A DNA stretch of 60,000 nt. Source: Lama glama (taxonomy: Eukaryota). Positions within the stretch are counted from its first letter, which is position 1; the number at the start of each line of letters is the position of its first letter. The notes under the pieces were generated by a model. That model made no database searches, was not told the DNA's origin, and saw only the letters and a program-made list of their open reading frames with translations. The position numbers and the translations under genes were made by a program. The DNA is taken from positions 14,324,001 through 14,384,000 of the forward strand of contig CM052818.1 in NCBI GenBank assembly GCA_028534125.1. The letters are read 5' to 3'. Positions 12,885 through 27,079 of the stretch are shown here, piece by piece.

Positions 12885-13820
12885 TTCATCAATAATCTTC
12901 TCATTGCTAAATCCATACGGCCCTTTTCCAGACTGTTGAGGGTGATACTGTAGAGGGTCACTTGATACCCTCTCTGCTCTGGGCCTCCAGGACACACCAC
13001 TTCCCTGGTTTTCCTCCTACTCTGTGACTATTCTTGGCATGCACAAGCACCTCTTTCTTTGCCGAGCTCCTAAAAGTTGATCTTCCTCAAAATCCTAACT
13101 CTGGCTTCTTCTCTTTCATATGCCCTCTGGGTTACCTCATCCACTCCTACATGCTCCCTGCAACTCACAAGGCTCTCTCCTGAGCAAGAGACCCACCTAT
13201 ACATATAATCACCTCGTGGATGTTCCACAGACACATCAATCTAAAGCTGTTCAAAGCTGAATTCATCACCCCCAGCCCTGAACTTGCTCCTCATTCTATT
13301 TCAGTGAATGATCACCACCATCCAACCAGGTCATTATGCCACAAACTTGACCATTACCTATCACCTTTCTTCTCCCCCACCACCTATATCCAATCAATAG
13401 CCAGGAATCTAGACTCTTCAGAATATATTTGTTGCTTTCCTTGCATACTACCATAATGATCTCACACCTGGATTACCTCAAGTGCCTCCAGACTTTCTTT
13501 CCAACAATTCATGATTCCCACTGCAGCCAGAGAGACCAGCTCAGAGCCTGAATCTAATGATGCTCTTTCCTCCGGGAAGCCTTCCCTGACCCTACCCCCT
13601 CCCATGCACAGGTTAGGTGCATGTCCTGAGGCTCTCATACACCTTGGGCTAACTAACTACCATGGACCTGAACACACCATATCCAGCTGCTCACTTATTT
13701 GTAAATATTACCTTCATGATTATAAGTTCTTTGAGAAGAGACACATATTATTCACTGTTGGGTCCCCAGCACCTACCACAGTGTATGACACATAGTAGAC
13801 ACTTAAGAAATGCTTGTGGT
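12885..13820 (+). mobile_element. L2 LINE 3' portion
   Basis: cattgctaaatcca..., ggatgttccacagacacatcaatctaa..., ends catagtagacacttaagaaatgcttgt. Confidence 0.8.
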
Positions 13821-13844
13821 AAGTCATTTTTGTTCCTCTAATCC

Positions 13845-14285
13845 AGATGTACTTAACCTGGAATCCATGTACCCCTTAGTAGAATTCAGGGAAGGTTTAT
13901 GTATTTAGATGGACTAAAATTACTAAAAATCTTTATTTTTCACTCACTTGTAACAGACTGTAGTATTTCCTATCATTCAGAATGTGGGCAACAAACTACA
14001 GTAGTACCTTGTGACCTTCAGAGCAATAAAATCACAGATATTTTCCTATCAAATCAAAGTTGTTACAGATCTTTCAAACATCATGTATGCTCATCACTAC
14101 TTCCAAACTTTCAAATGATAATTATTAAAACTGCTAGACTTTTCAACTGTATGAGTTAATAAAGAAGCACATCAAATACATCATAATATATTGAAATATT
14201 TTATAACTGTATTTCAAAATAATCACTGTTCTCTGTGATCCTAGTCATGTATTTTATTTTATGGATTAGGAAACATTAATTCCGT
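13845..14285 (+). mobile_element. MER113-like hAT-Charlie DNA transposon, main part; terminus at ~14850-14920
   Basis: cttaacctggaatccatg...atctttatttttcact...ggcaacaaactacagtagta...aaatcacagatattttc...atgctcatcactacttc. Confidence 0.75.
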
Positions 14286-14289
14286 GATA

Positions 14290-14845
14290 ATGAAAGTATA
14301 AATTGATATATTCACTTTGGAAAACTGTTTGGAAGTGCCTGGAAAAACTGATTATATGTGTACCCCATGCCCCAGAAATACCACTGTTACGTGGAATTGC
14401 ATATATATGCTCACTTGTAGTAGAATGTTGATAGTAGTCAAAAGAAATGGAAGCCCATCTACAGTAAAATGGATAAGTAAATTATGATATTTCTACACAA
14501 TGGAAAACATGGACTGAGGATAAACACGTAGAAATACAGATGAATCTCATAAACATAATGTTGACTGAAAGGAGCCAGACACACAGAAAATGCATCCTGT
14601 ACCATTCCTTTTAAAAGTACAACATTAGGCAAAACTAATCGATACTGTTAAAAGTTAGGACACAGGTTATCTTTGCACTGGGAATTGTGACTGAAAGGGG
14701 GCATGTGGGGGTCTCTGTGGGGCTGGTGATGTTCTGTTTCTTGATGTGCGTGAGGGTTACACATGCATGTGGGTTGTGAGTTGTACGCCATGACATGTGC
14801 TCTTTTCTGTATCTAGATTGTACTTCGGTACAAGGGTAAACCGGA
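14290..14845 (+). mobile_element. Old L1 (L1ME-like) 3' end inserted in the MER113-like element
   Basis: cactttggaaaactgtttgg...gatgaatctcataaacataatgttgactgaaaggagccagacac...gttctgtttcttgat. Confidence 0.8.
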
Positions 14846-14977
14846 ACAAACCTATTATTTTGAGATGGGACCTCAAGGCTTCACAGTCTGTCACAGGAGG
14901 TCCAAAAAAGAAATCCTATTCTAAGCAGAAATTCCAAGGAGATTATCTCAAAACAAACAAAAGCCAATATATACAAG

Positions 14978-15660
14978 TCATTCATTCATTCATTCAATAA
15001 ATACTTATTAAGTGTCTTCTACACTCCAGGCACCATTCTGGGCACTGTAGGCAGGGCAGTGAACAAATAGCCCTGCCTACACAGAGTTTATATTCTAATG
15101 AAGAGAGACAACAAGGGTCAAAATAAATAAGAGCTAAAGAGAAACATAAAACAGGGATGGGTAATAAGGAGTGTGTTTGGTGGGGAGTATTTGAACTTTA
15201 AATAGGGTAGTCAGGGAAGGCCTCATTGAGAAGATGACACTGAGCAGGGATCTAAGGGAGGAGAGTAAAGTCATAAAGTCATGTGAAGTCTGGGAGAAGG
15301 AGAAGCCAGACAGAGGGAACAGTGAGTGCAAAGGACCTGGGGCAGAAGAATGCCTCAGTGTTCAAGAAGCAGCTAGGAGGCCAGTGTGGTTGGAGTGGAG
15401 CAAGAGATGGGGAGAAAGTAGATTAGATCACAGAGGTAACAGGAGGCCAAATCCCCATAGAGGCTTAGAGGCCATTACAAGGTATTTTGTTTTTATTCTG
15501 AGGGTTCTGAGCAGGAAATAATATGGCTTGATTTATGTGGCAGCCAGACCAACTGGCTGCTGTGTTGAGAACAGAAGAGAAGGGCAAGGACAGAAGCAGG
15601 GAGGAGGCAGTGGGTAAGAGGTTTCAGGGAAAGAGGAAGAAAGGAGAAGAGGCGAGAACA
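14978..15660 (-). mobile_element. L2a-like LINE 3' end
   Basis: cattcattcattcattcaataaatacttattaagtg...ggtagtcagggaaggcctcattgagaagatgaca...gggaacagtgagtgcaaaggacctg. Confidence 0.9.
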
Positions 15661-15739
15661 CATGCCATGAGACACACAAACAAACACACACAGACACCTT
15701 CTTCCTGTTGTTGTTAATTTTGCTCCTGTTCCTGAACCG

Positions 15740-16135
15740 TCTGCAGCTTCCTGACTCCTCCATCCTAAATACCCCAGCACATATCTCCTAAGACAAGTAC
15801 TTCCTCTCACATGACTGCACTGCTACAATCGAATTCAGAATTTTAATCCTGACATAATGCTATTACCTAACATAAAGTCCCACATTCAAGTCTCACCAAT
15901 TGTCTTATCCACCCCAATCCAGGATCACATATTGCATTCACTTCTATCTTTTTAGTCTCCTTTAATCTGCAACAGTCTCTTAATTCCTTGTGTCTTTTAT
16001 GAGAATGACTTTTTTTTTATGCAAAGTACAGGCCAGTTGTGGTGTAGCCTGTCCCTCCATTTGCATTGGACTGTTTCCTCATGATTAGCTTCAGGTCATG
16101 CATTTTGGGCAGTTAATATGATAAGTCACGTTGAG
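15740..16135 (-). mobile_element. L1MC-like 3' end
   Basis: cctaaataccccagcac.tatctcctaagacaag...atccaggatcacatattgcatt...tttttagtctcctttaatctg. Confidence 0.75.
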
Positions 16136-17384
16136 GAGCCCCTGTGTTAAAAGGTACGCTCCACTGACACTGGAGCCACTCCAGAGAAGGACTCCAGTCG
16201 CTGGCAGAAGTAGTAACCAGTTCACTATGCCGAGGAGTGAACAAAAGATTCAAAAATGAGGTAGTAAATGGCGACAACACAGAATCTCAGCACTTGGATT
16301 TAGAAAGGATTTCAGCAGGACCTTAGAGATCATGTGGCTAGTCATCATGCTCATTTTTAGAGGAGGAAGCTGAAGCCAGGTTGAAGCCCCAGGCCCAAAG
16401 TCACATGTCTGCTTAGAGACTGGACCAGGGCCATGTTAAACCCCCCAGGACCCAATCCCCTTGTTCAAGGTGATGCTCCCTCTTCTGGAAAGTTTGGCAT
16501 TGAAGGAAAAAAGTGTAAGGAGGAATCTGAAAGAAAAGGTTAATATAAAGTAGAAACCCTCTGCCTTTAGGGATCTTCCTAAAATGTAAATTGGCCTTGT
16601 CTCACTTGGTTTAAATCCCCTTGCTGGTCCCCATAAGTTGTGGGATGAGCTGGAAATCCCTTAGTGACGGGGCTTCAGCCTACTTCTCAGCTTCAGCTCC
16701 CTCTCCCTTCAGGAGACCCTTCACGAAAGCTGTTCCCTCCCCAGTATCTCCTCTTCTCCTATTCCCTCTCCACCCACCTGCCAAATTGCTCTCCATCATC
16801 CAAAAGCCGCTTTCTCCAGGCAGCCTGCCTTTGAACGCCTACTTCTTATCTTTGGGTGAAACTCTTCTGGGCCAGAAAAGACTTAAATTTATTTCACCTT
16901 GGCAGGTGTTACCTCTACAGACATCCCTCCTCCAGTTGGTCCATCATGTTGTCAGAAGGTGCTTCAAAGATCCCCATGTTTCCTAAATCTAAAGGGATAC
17001 AAACCCAGATTTTCCTTATAACACAGCCAAAAACTCTTAAGTCATTCAAAAGGAGTGTTTCATTCACTGTGTGATCTGAGGATACATTTCAGCAGATCCA
17101 TGGATACAGGTCTTCAATGGCTGTTCTCCCATCTAGACCAGGAGAGCAGGAGAAGGAGGAAGTGACAGAGAATTTGGTAGCTGACTTAAGAACAACGCGG
17201 TAATTGGCCATTATTGCCATTCGAATATTTTTCTAAAAAGAAGATTCTGAATCCTGCCTCTAAGTGCCAGCTGAGAATATACTTGCAGGACTTTCTCCTC
17301 ACAAGTGTGTACAAAATGAGGTCCGTAGAAATCTCACCCCCATTTCCTACTTTGCTCCTTCCAAATAATTTGAGAACTGAGGAA

Positions 17385-17900
17385 CTAACAACAAATAAAA
17401 ACACATCAAGCACTTACTAAGTCCACGACAGGTGCTAGGCAGGGCCCCACAGAACTGGGATCAGGTGGAGAGATGGGTAAGTCAACAAATATAAAACAGT
17501 GAATGCAAGGGCTCCAGCAGGGAGCTACTTGCGTGGTAGCCAGGACACACAGAAAAGGGCCTAAACAGTCCTGAGCCATTGAGGTAAGGCTTTGGGGGCA
17601 GATGACACAGCACTGAGACTGAGGGAAGAGAAAGACTCTATAAGTGGACAAGTGAGGGGTCATTTGGCAGCCAAAATGTCTTGTGCAAGGATGAGGTCAC
17701 ACAAAATAGGAGGCTGGGTTCAGGGAACTGCAAGGAGTTGGATGTGGCTGGAGGATGTCAGGACAGGGAGGGACACTAAGCTGGAGGGGCAGCCGGGACC
17801 AGATGACAACAGGCCTAGGAGAGCACGTGGAAGGAGCTTGAACCTCATCCTGCTGGTCATGGGAGCTTTAGGCAGTTTCTAAGTCTGCCTTGAGGAAGAT
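17385..17900 (-). mobile_element. L2 LINE fragment (degraded)
   Basis: aagcacttactaagtcc..caggtgctaggc...cagggaactgcaaggagttggatgtggctggag. Confidence 0.6.
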
Positions 17901-18499
17901 TCATGTTCAACATATAGCCGAGCTCACTAAATCATCCAGGGTTCACTTGTACAAACTTTTTGCTCATCAGCAAGGCTGGGGAAGCCGGTCTGCACCAGCA
18001 TCTGCGCCAAGTAAAGTATGGAGATAGTTCTTCACCAGCTGCCAGCCCGAGTCTCGCCTCCCTCACCTAAGCAGCCTGCGCCAGCCTCAGGAAGCCTCCC
18101 GGGCGAGCCGTTGGGCCACCTGCCCGGAGATGCATCAGCCCCTATTCCCATATGCTCCTCTCTGCGCCCCACTCCTACCACCAGACCCCAGCAGGAGAAG
18201 GGACACCCTTAGTAGAGGCACTGGTGCCCCAGTAGGCAAACACCTGATGGCCACCTAGCCCTCCAAGACTTTGGTCACCAGCCTGGGTGTTCCCAAGGGA
18301 CACCCTGGCATGGCCTCTTATGAGAATTAAAAATTCCATGATGTATCATATCACAAATATTTTGTTTTTAAACCCTCTTAGTGTCCTTTTCCTTACCTTT
18401 TCTTGCCCTCAGCTTGGTATTTCTCATCATTGTCCTCTCTGTTCTAGCCATCAAAACATCAGTTACCACCTCCTTTTCTAATCCACCTCCTATGGTAGA

Positions 18500-18850
18500 G
18501 TTGCCATTCATTCCTTCTGAGTCCATATCTCCCTCATTAGATAATCTTCCTTAAAGGGGCAGCCCTTTGAAACCTGGTCTCACCCTCCAGGCTACAGTTG
18601 ATTGAACTGGTGGTCATCCTGACCCTACTAGGCCAATTAGATTTTCTTTCCTGGAAATTTGGAATTAAGACTCACATGACGTGACCAGTTGGTTTTATAA
18701 GACCAAGCTGGATAGTCATGTGCACTCAGGGAGTGGAGATGACTTTTTTTTTTTTTTTTTGGTGGCTAGGTGCAATATAGTTCATTGAGTTGAAAAGCCA
18801 GTCTGCAGTCAGAGAAAATCAAAGCACACATTATCGAGAAAGAAGCAGAG
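18500..18850 (+). mobile_element. Degraded ERVL-class LTR fragment
   Basis: gattgaactggtggtcatcctgaccctactaggccaattagattttctttcctggaaatttggaatt. Confidence 0.45.
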
Positions 18851-18951
18851 ACTTCAAAAAGTTAAACACAGAGTCACTATCGGATTCAGCAATTCTATTC
18901 CTAGGTATAGACTCAAGAGACTAGAACATATATGTCTACACAAAGGATGTG

Positions 18952-19051
18952 NNNNNNNNNNNNNNNNNNNNNNNNNNNNNNNNNNNNNNNNNNNNNNNNN
19001 NNNNNNNNNNNNNNNNNNNNNNNNNNNNNNNNNNNNNNNNNNNNNNNNNNN
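18952..19051. other. Assembly gap (100 N, size probably nominal)
   Basis: Run of exactly 100 N. Confidence 0.99.
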
Positions 19052-19259
19052 TTTCAAAATTGTAGAATAGATAAACAAGATTACACTGTATAGCACAGGG
19101 AAATATACACAAAATGTTATGATAAATCACAGAGAAAAAAATGTGACAATGAGTGTGTATATGTCCATGAATGACTGAAAAATTGTGCTGAACACTGGAA
19201 TTTGACACAACATTGTAAAATGATTATAAATCAATAAAAAATGTTAAAATGAAAAAAAA
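19052..19259 (+). mobile_element. Young camelid-type L1 3' end with poly(A) tail; 5' part hidden in the gap
   Basis: tttcaaaattgtagaatagataaacaag...gacacaacattgtaaaatgattataaatcaataaaaa; highly similar to the copy at 38166-38360. Confidence 0.9.
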
Positions 19260-19504
19260 AAAGGATGTGGACACACTCTCCCACTGCCCAGAGGAACACG
19301 CTAGCCATCTCCTTAACTTGTTCCAGCCAGTTCCTGCTTGGTTCTTTCTGGAAAAGAAAGAACACTGGGCTAGATGCCAACCTAATGAAAAAATTGATCC
19401 TGCTAATATAAGAATTTAATAAATATATACACATATTATTAAAAGCCTATTTCACAAGCTGGCCGTATCTTTGGGGTTGAAGAAAACACTGTCTGTTGAG
19501 CTCT

Positions 19505-19685
19505 GAAACATACCAAGGTACCCAAAATCTAGCTGCGTAGGAGACCAGCAACATCGGGGTCAACTGGGAGCTGGTTAGAGACGCAGTGTTAGGCTCACAC
19601 CAGGCTGACTGACTCGGAATCTGGATTTTACTAGCAAGTGCTCAGGTGACTCCTATGCACAATGATATCTGAGAAGAACTGTTTG
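19505..19685. mobile_element. MER5-like hAT-Charlie MITE
   Basis: gaccagcaacatcggggtcaactgggagctggttagagacgcag...caggtgactcctatgcaca...tgagaagaactg. Confidence 0.75.
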
Positions 19686-21489
19686 CTACCAAGCACTTCA
19701 ATTACATTTAAGGCCAATCAACATATGACAAACCAAGTTAATCCTCCAAGAGGAGGCTGATGGCTGAAGAGATGTCATCTGCTGGCTGAAGGATGGCCTT
19801 CCATGTGGCTCCAGCCTCCTGGGGAAAGAACTCCAGAAGCAGAGCCAGCAAGTCAACCTCCCAAGCAGCTTCCTTTTTCTTTTTTGGCGGAAAAAACATC
19901 ACCTACGTTGTAAGGTATTCAGATCCACATCCTTGGGGTTAGGAGAGGCCCTAGGACAGAAACGTTGCCGTGGAACAATTTTTCACTTACCACGGTATAA
20001 TCTACATTCTGATTGGCTGTTGGTGGTAGGGCCAATATCATTCTTTATAAGAGAGCATACACCAGCATAATGTTCTTCAAGTAGTGACCATTATACAGTA
20101 ACTATATTTTTAAAATAAAACCATAGTCATATACTTTGAATTAAAAAAAGAGACTCATAATATGACCAGAACAAGTATACCCATAACAATAACTGAATGG
20201 AATATTTGTGGCTGTCCTGGGAAATATAGGACATATGGTGCCAAAACCCAAGAGGCATTAATGACCTGGATGAGAATTTCTCTGACCTTGGTCTTTCCCT
20301 GGATATCCATACCAGAACCCCGGGAACACCAAGTTCTTTCCCGCCCTGGTGCCTCTGCATGTGACCTCTCTTCTGCCATCTCATCTTCACTTACTGTCCC
20401 TTCTCATCCTTCAGGTCTCAGCTTAAATGCTATCTCCCTACAGAGCTGCTCTGGAAACAGTATCTGAGGTAGCTCCCCACCCTCACCCAACCCAGTTCCC
20501 CTCTGTGATCATTCCCTCCTTAGGACTTGTCATAATCTATATTCATGCTTTCTTGTCCATTCATTGTTGGTCTCCTGCACCAGAATGGGGGCAAGGACTT
20601 GGTCATGTTCAATGCTGCAACCCTGCACCTGGTATATTCTAGATGTGAGATGAGTTTTTGATGAAAAAGAATAAACTCTAGCCAGTTTAAAGAATAAATA
20701 AATCTTAATAAAAATCACCAGACTATAGCTTATTAACAAAAATAACAATAGTAAAATCATTTATGAACAGACCATAAGCTTCCATCAAAACCTTTCACTT
20801 CATGTTTATGCCAATGAACAGAGCAAGTGAGATCCAGTGCATAGTGGATGGTACCACTGAGTGACTTTGCGTAAATCTCTTTGCTTCTCTGAGCTGTGTC
20901 TGTAAAATGAGGACTATCACTCAGAGTTGTGGGTGAGGGGATTTCCATGTGTATGTGCATGCATGTGTGCAGGCATATATATATAGTGTCTGGTATGGAG
21001 CAGACACTCAATACGAGTTTGATTCTTCATAGTTTCTCCCATATTTCCCTTATTCAAACTGTTCAAGGGACTGAAGAATATGAAATCACATCTCCAGGCC
21101 TTCATGTGAACCTGTTCACCCAACACCGCAGGCCCAATCATGACCGTTACATTCCTCTCTTCAAACTCAACAAGTTTGATTGTACTTGCAGCACCAGATA
21201 TTTTGGCCATGTTACAACTGAGACTTTAAAAAAATTTTTTAAAATTATCTCCAGTAGTTTATTGTTTCAGGTCATTGTACTTCAAAGCTGGTGCTGTTAA
21301 TAAAGTGGACTTGAACATGGTTCCATTTCTAGACAGAGTTCTAGTGACCTGCTTCAAATACTCTTGAATAAACCATGGCATTGATAAACAGAGTTACAAG
21401 GAGCCACAAGCTCACCAGGTTCTGGTTATAAACAACGCACAGTGGTAGGGACCACAATGACTAGGAAAAACTGAAGTCTGTAAAGCAGT

Positions 21490-21715
21490 GAAGGGATAGC
21501 TCTGGGCTTTGGAATCAGATCGCCTTGGGTTCCAATTCCCATTCTACAGTCTGTTAAATACTGACCGTGATCAAAATCATTAACCTCTCTGTGCCTCAGT
21601 TTCCTCACCAGTAACCTGGGTCTAAAACAGACCAACATCATGAGGTTGTCAAGAGAGTGGAAGAGATATATCAGTACACACATTTAGCACTGGGTCTGCA
21701 CTCAGGGAGTGTTGG
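21490..21715 (+). mobile_element. MIR SINE
   Basis: ggctttggaatcagat..cttgggttccaattccc...ttaacctctctgtgcctcagtttcctca. Confidence 0.85.
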
Positions 21716-21959
21716 CTCTGCTTATTAAATTTATTCTCCACCTCAAGGATCTTACATTCATTTACAAATAGTCAGACTGAAAGAATGGCAATAAGTGATA
21801 CATATTAAGGGAGCAGCACTGGTCAGGAAACATGCAAAACCTGAAGAGCGCAAGGAACCCCTTCATCTAAGGATGGTAAAAGGTCTCCTGGGAGAGGTGA
21901 GACTGAAGCAGATGGGCCCACACAGGACATGAATACAAACAGGTTCCCTGCATGGAGCT

Positions 21960-22180
21960 CTTACGATTTGCCAAACGCTGTGGGGCACCTTGTATGTAAT
22001 CTCCACAAGCTGCAAGTTAGATACTGTTAAACCTCCATGGTATGGATGAGAAGCTATTTTATTGATGAGCTGAGACTCACAGAGCTTTAGTCATTTCCCC
22101 AAGTCACCCAACTCGTGGCAAATCTAGGTTCAAAATCAGGTCTGTCTGACCCAGGACCATGCTCCTGCCACTATGCCCTT
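21960..22180 (-). mobile_element. MIR SINE
   Basis: gatgagctgagactcacagag...ccccaagtcaccca...ggttcaaaatcaggtctgtctgac. Confidence 0.7.
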
Positions 22181-22299
22181 GAGGGGAGAGGGAAGAGGGG
22201 GATAAATCTTGACTTCAGCCTGTGGGCCATGAGGAATCACTGTTTTGTTTTTGGTGTATGTGTGTGTTTTTAATTAAATACTGTACAACTACTATCACG

Positions 22300-22480
22300 A
22301 CCAGGAGCATTTATTGAGCACCAGCTAAGGACCAGGCCCCACGCTAAACTATCTGCATACATTATTTCTAATAGTTCCAATTCTGCAGCTGAGGTGTGGT
22401 TATCCCCCTTTCACAAAAAAAAAAAAAAAAAAAAAAAAACCAAGGCCCTGAGAGGTCAGGCCACTCACTCGTGGGTTCAA
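22300..22480 (-). mobile_element. MIR fragment containing an A25 homopolymer (22415-22439)
   Basis: agcatttattgagcacc...ttatccccctttcac(A)n ccaaggccctgagaggt. Confidence 0.65.
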
Positions 22481-25400
22481 AAGTCAGCACCCTTTCCCCT
22501 AAAATGGCACTGCAGAAAAACCTCCCTTGCAACAGAGAGCTGACAAATAAGAGAAACGAAAATGGAGACGGAGCCAGTCAGAAGGGCTGTCGGGATCCAG
22601 GGTAGAGAGAGACATCTCAACCATGTTGTTGTGAAAATGAACGGAAGGTGACAGAGAGCAAATGTGTTCACGAGCTTTTCTTTCCTCTGCTCCCACTCTG
22701 TGTCGTGGCCTGCTACCTGCAGTGGAAACCACGTTGTAACTCTTTCTGCCTCGATTGCCGTCCTGGCCTTCAAGCCCGATTTGAGTCCTAGTGTTACTCC
22801 CATAGCAAACACTGCTTGAAGCATTTACTGGCCCCATCACAACGTTAGCAGTAACTCAAATATGGCAGCACCCTCTAATCTGCTCTCTGTATTGCAGGGC
22901 AATCATTCAAGAGACTAAAACTAAGCCTCCACATCCAATAAATCACATTACGCTTCACATATCAACATTTTACAAAATCTGACTTAAACACATAGTCTGT
23001 CAAATCAGGGGGGCACATATGCTGAGCTCTAATGAGCTCTGCCAAATCCTACATTATTATTATTGAAGTTTGTCGTGCTCTCACAGATGACACAGTTTTC
23101 TAAAATGGACTGTGTTATCAATATTTGTTGAGCTGCTTTCTAGTTAATATTCTTGAGAAAGTAGCGCAGTAAATAAAGCAGTAGGAAATGCATGCATTAT
23201 GAATATATCTTTCAAACCAATGCAAAAGCTAAGTGGACGATTACATCTATTATCTCATTTGATGGAATCAAGAGTTAGAAGTCTTAGTATTCATGTCCTG
23301 ATTCCAAAAAACCCGAAACACTTTTGCACTAAAACCTTAGCTTTAGTCCTCCTCATCCTATGACAAGCTTCAGTATTTTAAAGAGAAAATCAGTAGCATA
23401 ACTGGGATATACAGAAATGAGCTGAAATTCAGAAAGATAAGAGTACAAACTTCCTCTCCATATATACAGTTAATACACAAATATTCCCAATATTTTACAA
23501 TATTAATTTCAAACATCTCATATGTTTCTGGGAATAAAATTATGAAGGAAATTAGTATCCATATACTAAGGATAAAATTACCTTCACTGGAAAAACCTAT
23601 ATACATATATATGATAAAGTAAAATAACAGTATGCACATTCTATCTTCTCTAATTTTATAGCTCTCAATTGTATAATGATCTGTGGTTTGTGTTTTTAAA
23701 CTGTTGGACTTAAGTTTATTCCTGTGCACAAAGACATACATGGACATTAAAGAACTCTGCTCACCTATACACACTTAGACCCAACCAAACATCATGGAAA
23801 ATTTAACAATAAAGTCCTTTCTCTGCAGGCAGGCTTCCTACTATGTCACTATTCAGCATAAAGATAAAATTACCTTAGTAAATAGACCAGAAGCTAAATC
23901 ATCTTTCTTTTTCTTTTCAACAGTTGAGGCTCCCTGCAAACCCAGTTACACGAATAACTTCATTTGCCTTTTCTACAAATGAGTGCTTCTTCAGCGAAGC
24001 CAGATATCACAGCCCCACGGGTCCAACAGCCTGTCATGACAGCGGTTTACTGCAACCCCACCCTTTTCCTACCTTCAGTTTCAACAGTGCATTTAATTTT
24101 TTTTCCCTCTTAGAGAAAAAAATTAAGATTAGGAGTTCAAATTGTCAAGGTAGTTCAGTGAATTGTCACATTATTATTTAACCTCAGGGAATTTTCTGTT
24201 TAATTGCCTCTCTCTCCCTTCCCCCAAAGGACTACACCTTATTTTGATGGTGTAATGGAAAGCACTGCATTAAGAGCAAAAACATAATGAGTTTTAATTT
24301 TTAAACACCTAACCTTTCCACGAGTCACTGTTAATCATTTGCACCTGTGACTTTAATAATCAGTCTGGCAATTACAGAAGCAACATCTCCAGGACGGAAG
24401 TCAGAAAGGATGCCCCAATCACAACCATTACCATATCAGGGAGAGAAGAAAGCTATTCTGTCATCTGCGACATGAAGAAAGTTTTACATGTCAGTCCCAC
24501 CAAATCTTGAGAACAGTGGAGCTCCTAGTACTTAAAATCTTCATCTTCTACAAGTCAAGATTTTTAAAATATATATATCTTACTGTATTTTTAAATATTA
24601 AGTTTTAACTTTCTGTAACAAATTTTCAACTTTAGGGCTCTAGAAAGAAGAAAAAAGGCTCCAGAATAAGCACACCAACACAAGGGGGGGGGCTTGTCTT
24701 CTAAATCATTCTTCCCATAGAGAAATTAAGACCATTCACATTACACCACTTACTCATTTATTTCATTATGAAAGGAAACGGAGCACAAGTGGTAATATTC
24801 TGAAATGTGCTGGAAGTTGTTCCACGTCAATGAACACACAAGTTTGGAAGGTACACATATTCTCTCTGTCAGTTGTAGTCCATCCTCAGCAAGTCATTTT
24901 CCCTGTGGGCTGAGGCTCCCATGTCATGGAAATCTTCCCTAACTGCTGAAGGCTAAAAAGGATTCCCTGTGAACAGCATCTGGACCACACCTTGTTTTGG
25001 CACACAAGAAGCTGACAAGGGCTGGAGGAAAATGTGTCTGGTCCAAAGATGAGAGGATAGGGCCAAAAATCAAAATAAGGAAGACCCCTAAAATGGCTAT
25101 TCATCCAGTTTTGTTCTTCTAATCAGTCCCGGCCATCCACTACTAAGATGTTGGTCATTCTGTGGACTGGCTGGTAGGATTTTGTGGTCCAGCAATTGTC
25201 AGCCTTTTATAACCTCAGTGATGGTGTGGAAGCATCCATTTAGTGTATAAATATGCTTTTTTGGCATTAAGACACTAGGAAGTGAAATATTAGAGAACAA
25301 ACTCCCCACCCACTGCAGAAATTTCCCATTTCAAAGCACCTGGGATGAAGAGCGCAAATTACCTTCAGCAAAATTTCTTTTAGTTTTAATTTTTTTTCAA

Positions 25401-25833
25401 TCTTTGTGCTTGCTGAGGAACCTTGTGAGGAGCCCCCCAGAGATGACACCCATAGTTCAGATTATTGGTCCTACATTTTCCTAGTTAGGGAGGGAAGGAG
25501 AAGTCTTCGATAGTTACCCAGGATCCTTCCACTTGTAGCAGGAAGGAACACCAAAAAAGCATCAGGACACTCAACTCCTTGGAGATTTAAAAGCCTTCCG
25601 GAGTAATAAAGAGAAAATAGACCGCCCCTTCCCCACTTGCACCATCTACCCTGTTTCTGCCCTAGCCTTAGAGAATCAGCAACCCTTCTGTAATTCCATG
25701 CGGTTCCAGAGAGAATCCTTTATTCCATGGGGCTCCCGGATCTGACCCCAGGAAAGCCCGGTTGGTCATCCTTCTCCTCATCCTTCCAACCTCCACACCT
25801 AACCCTTCCCCACCGCCCCAGGCCACCTCCTTA

Positions 25834-26566
<733 letters not shown>

Positions 26567-27079
26567 CTATATCGAGGATACGAGAGCAAGGAAGAAAGAG
26601 AGATTTTGCATGTCACCCAGTCCAAGAAAATGATCCCCAAACTAAACCAAGTTTTTTTTTTAATTGTCAACTATTCCCTTTCTCCCTCCAGATCTTTCCT
26701 TTTAATGATACAAAATATGCCTTAAATGCCGCTAGCTGGTGGCTGCTGATATGATTTGAAAGAACATTTGCTGCTTCCCCATTAAGCCAGGGCGAATATG
26801 CAATGGTCATTTTTCAGATGCTCCAATTAGTTGTGTATGTGTTCAAAATTCATGTCCTCTGTGAACTCTCTCTCGGCCGAGAAAACCATAAAGAACTTAG
26901 CAGCTGTCACTAATCAGCAACTCTAATTGCAAGCGTCATGAAAGGTTTTTCTGAATCAGAGGAAATAAGACCCTAGTGCACTTGGAGGCAGGAAAGCTCA
27001 ACCTACAAACGCTCTCGGTCCAGAAGAAATTAAATAATTAACAAGTGGCCAAAATCGTGTACCTCTCCCCAGGAAGGTC

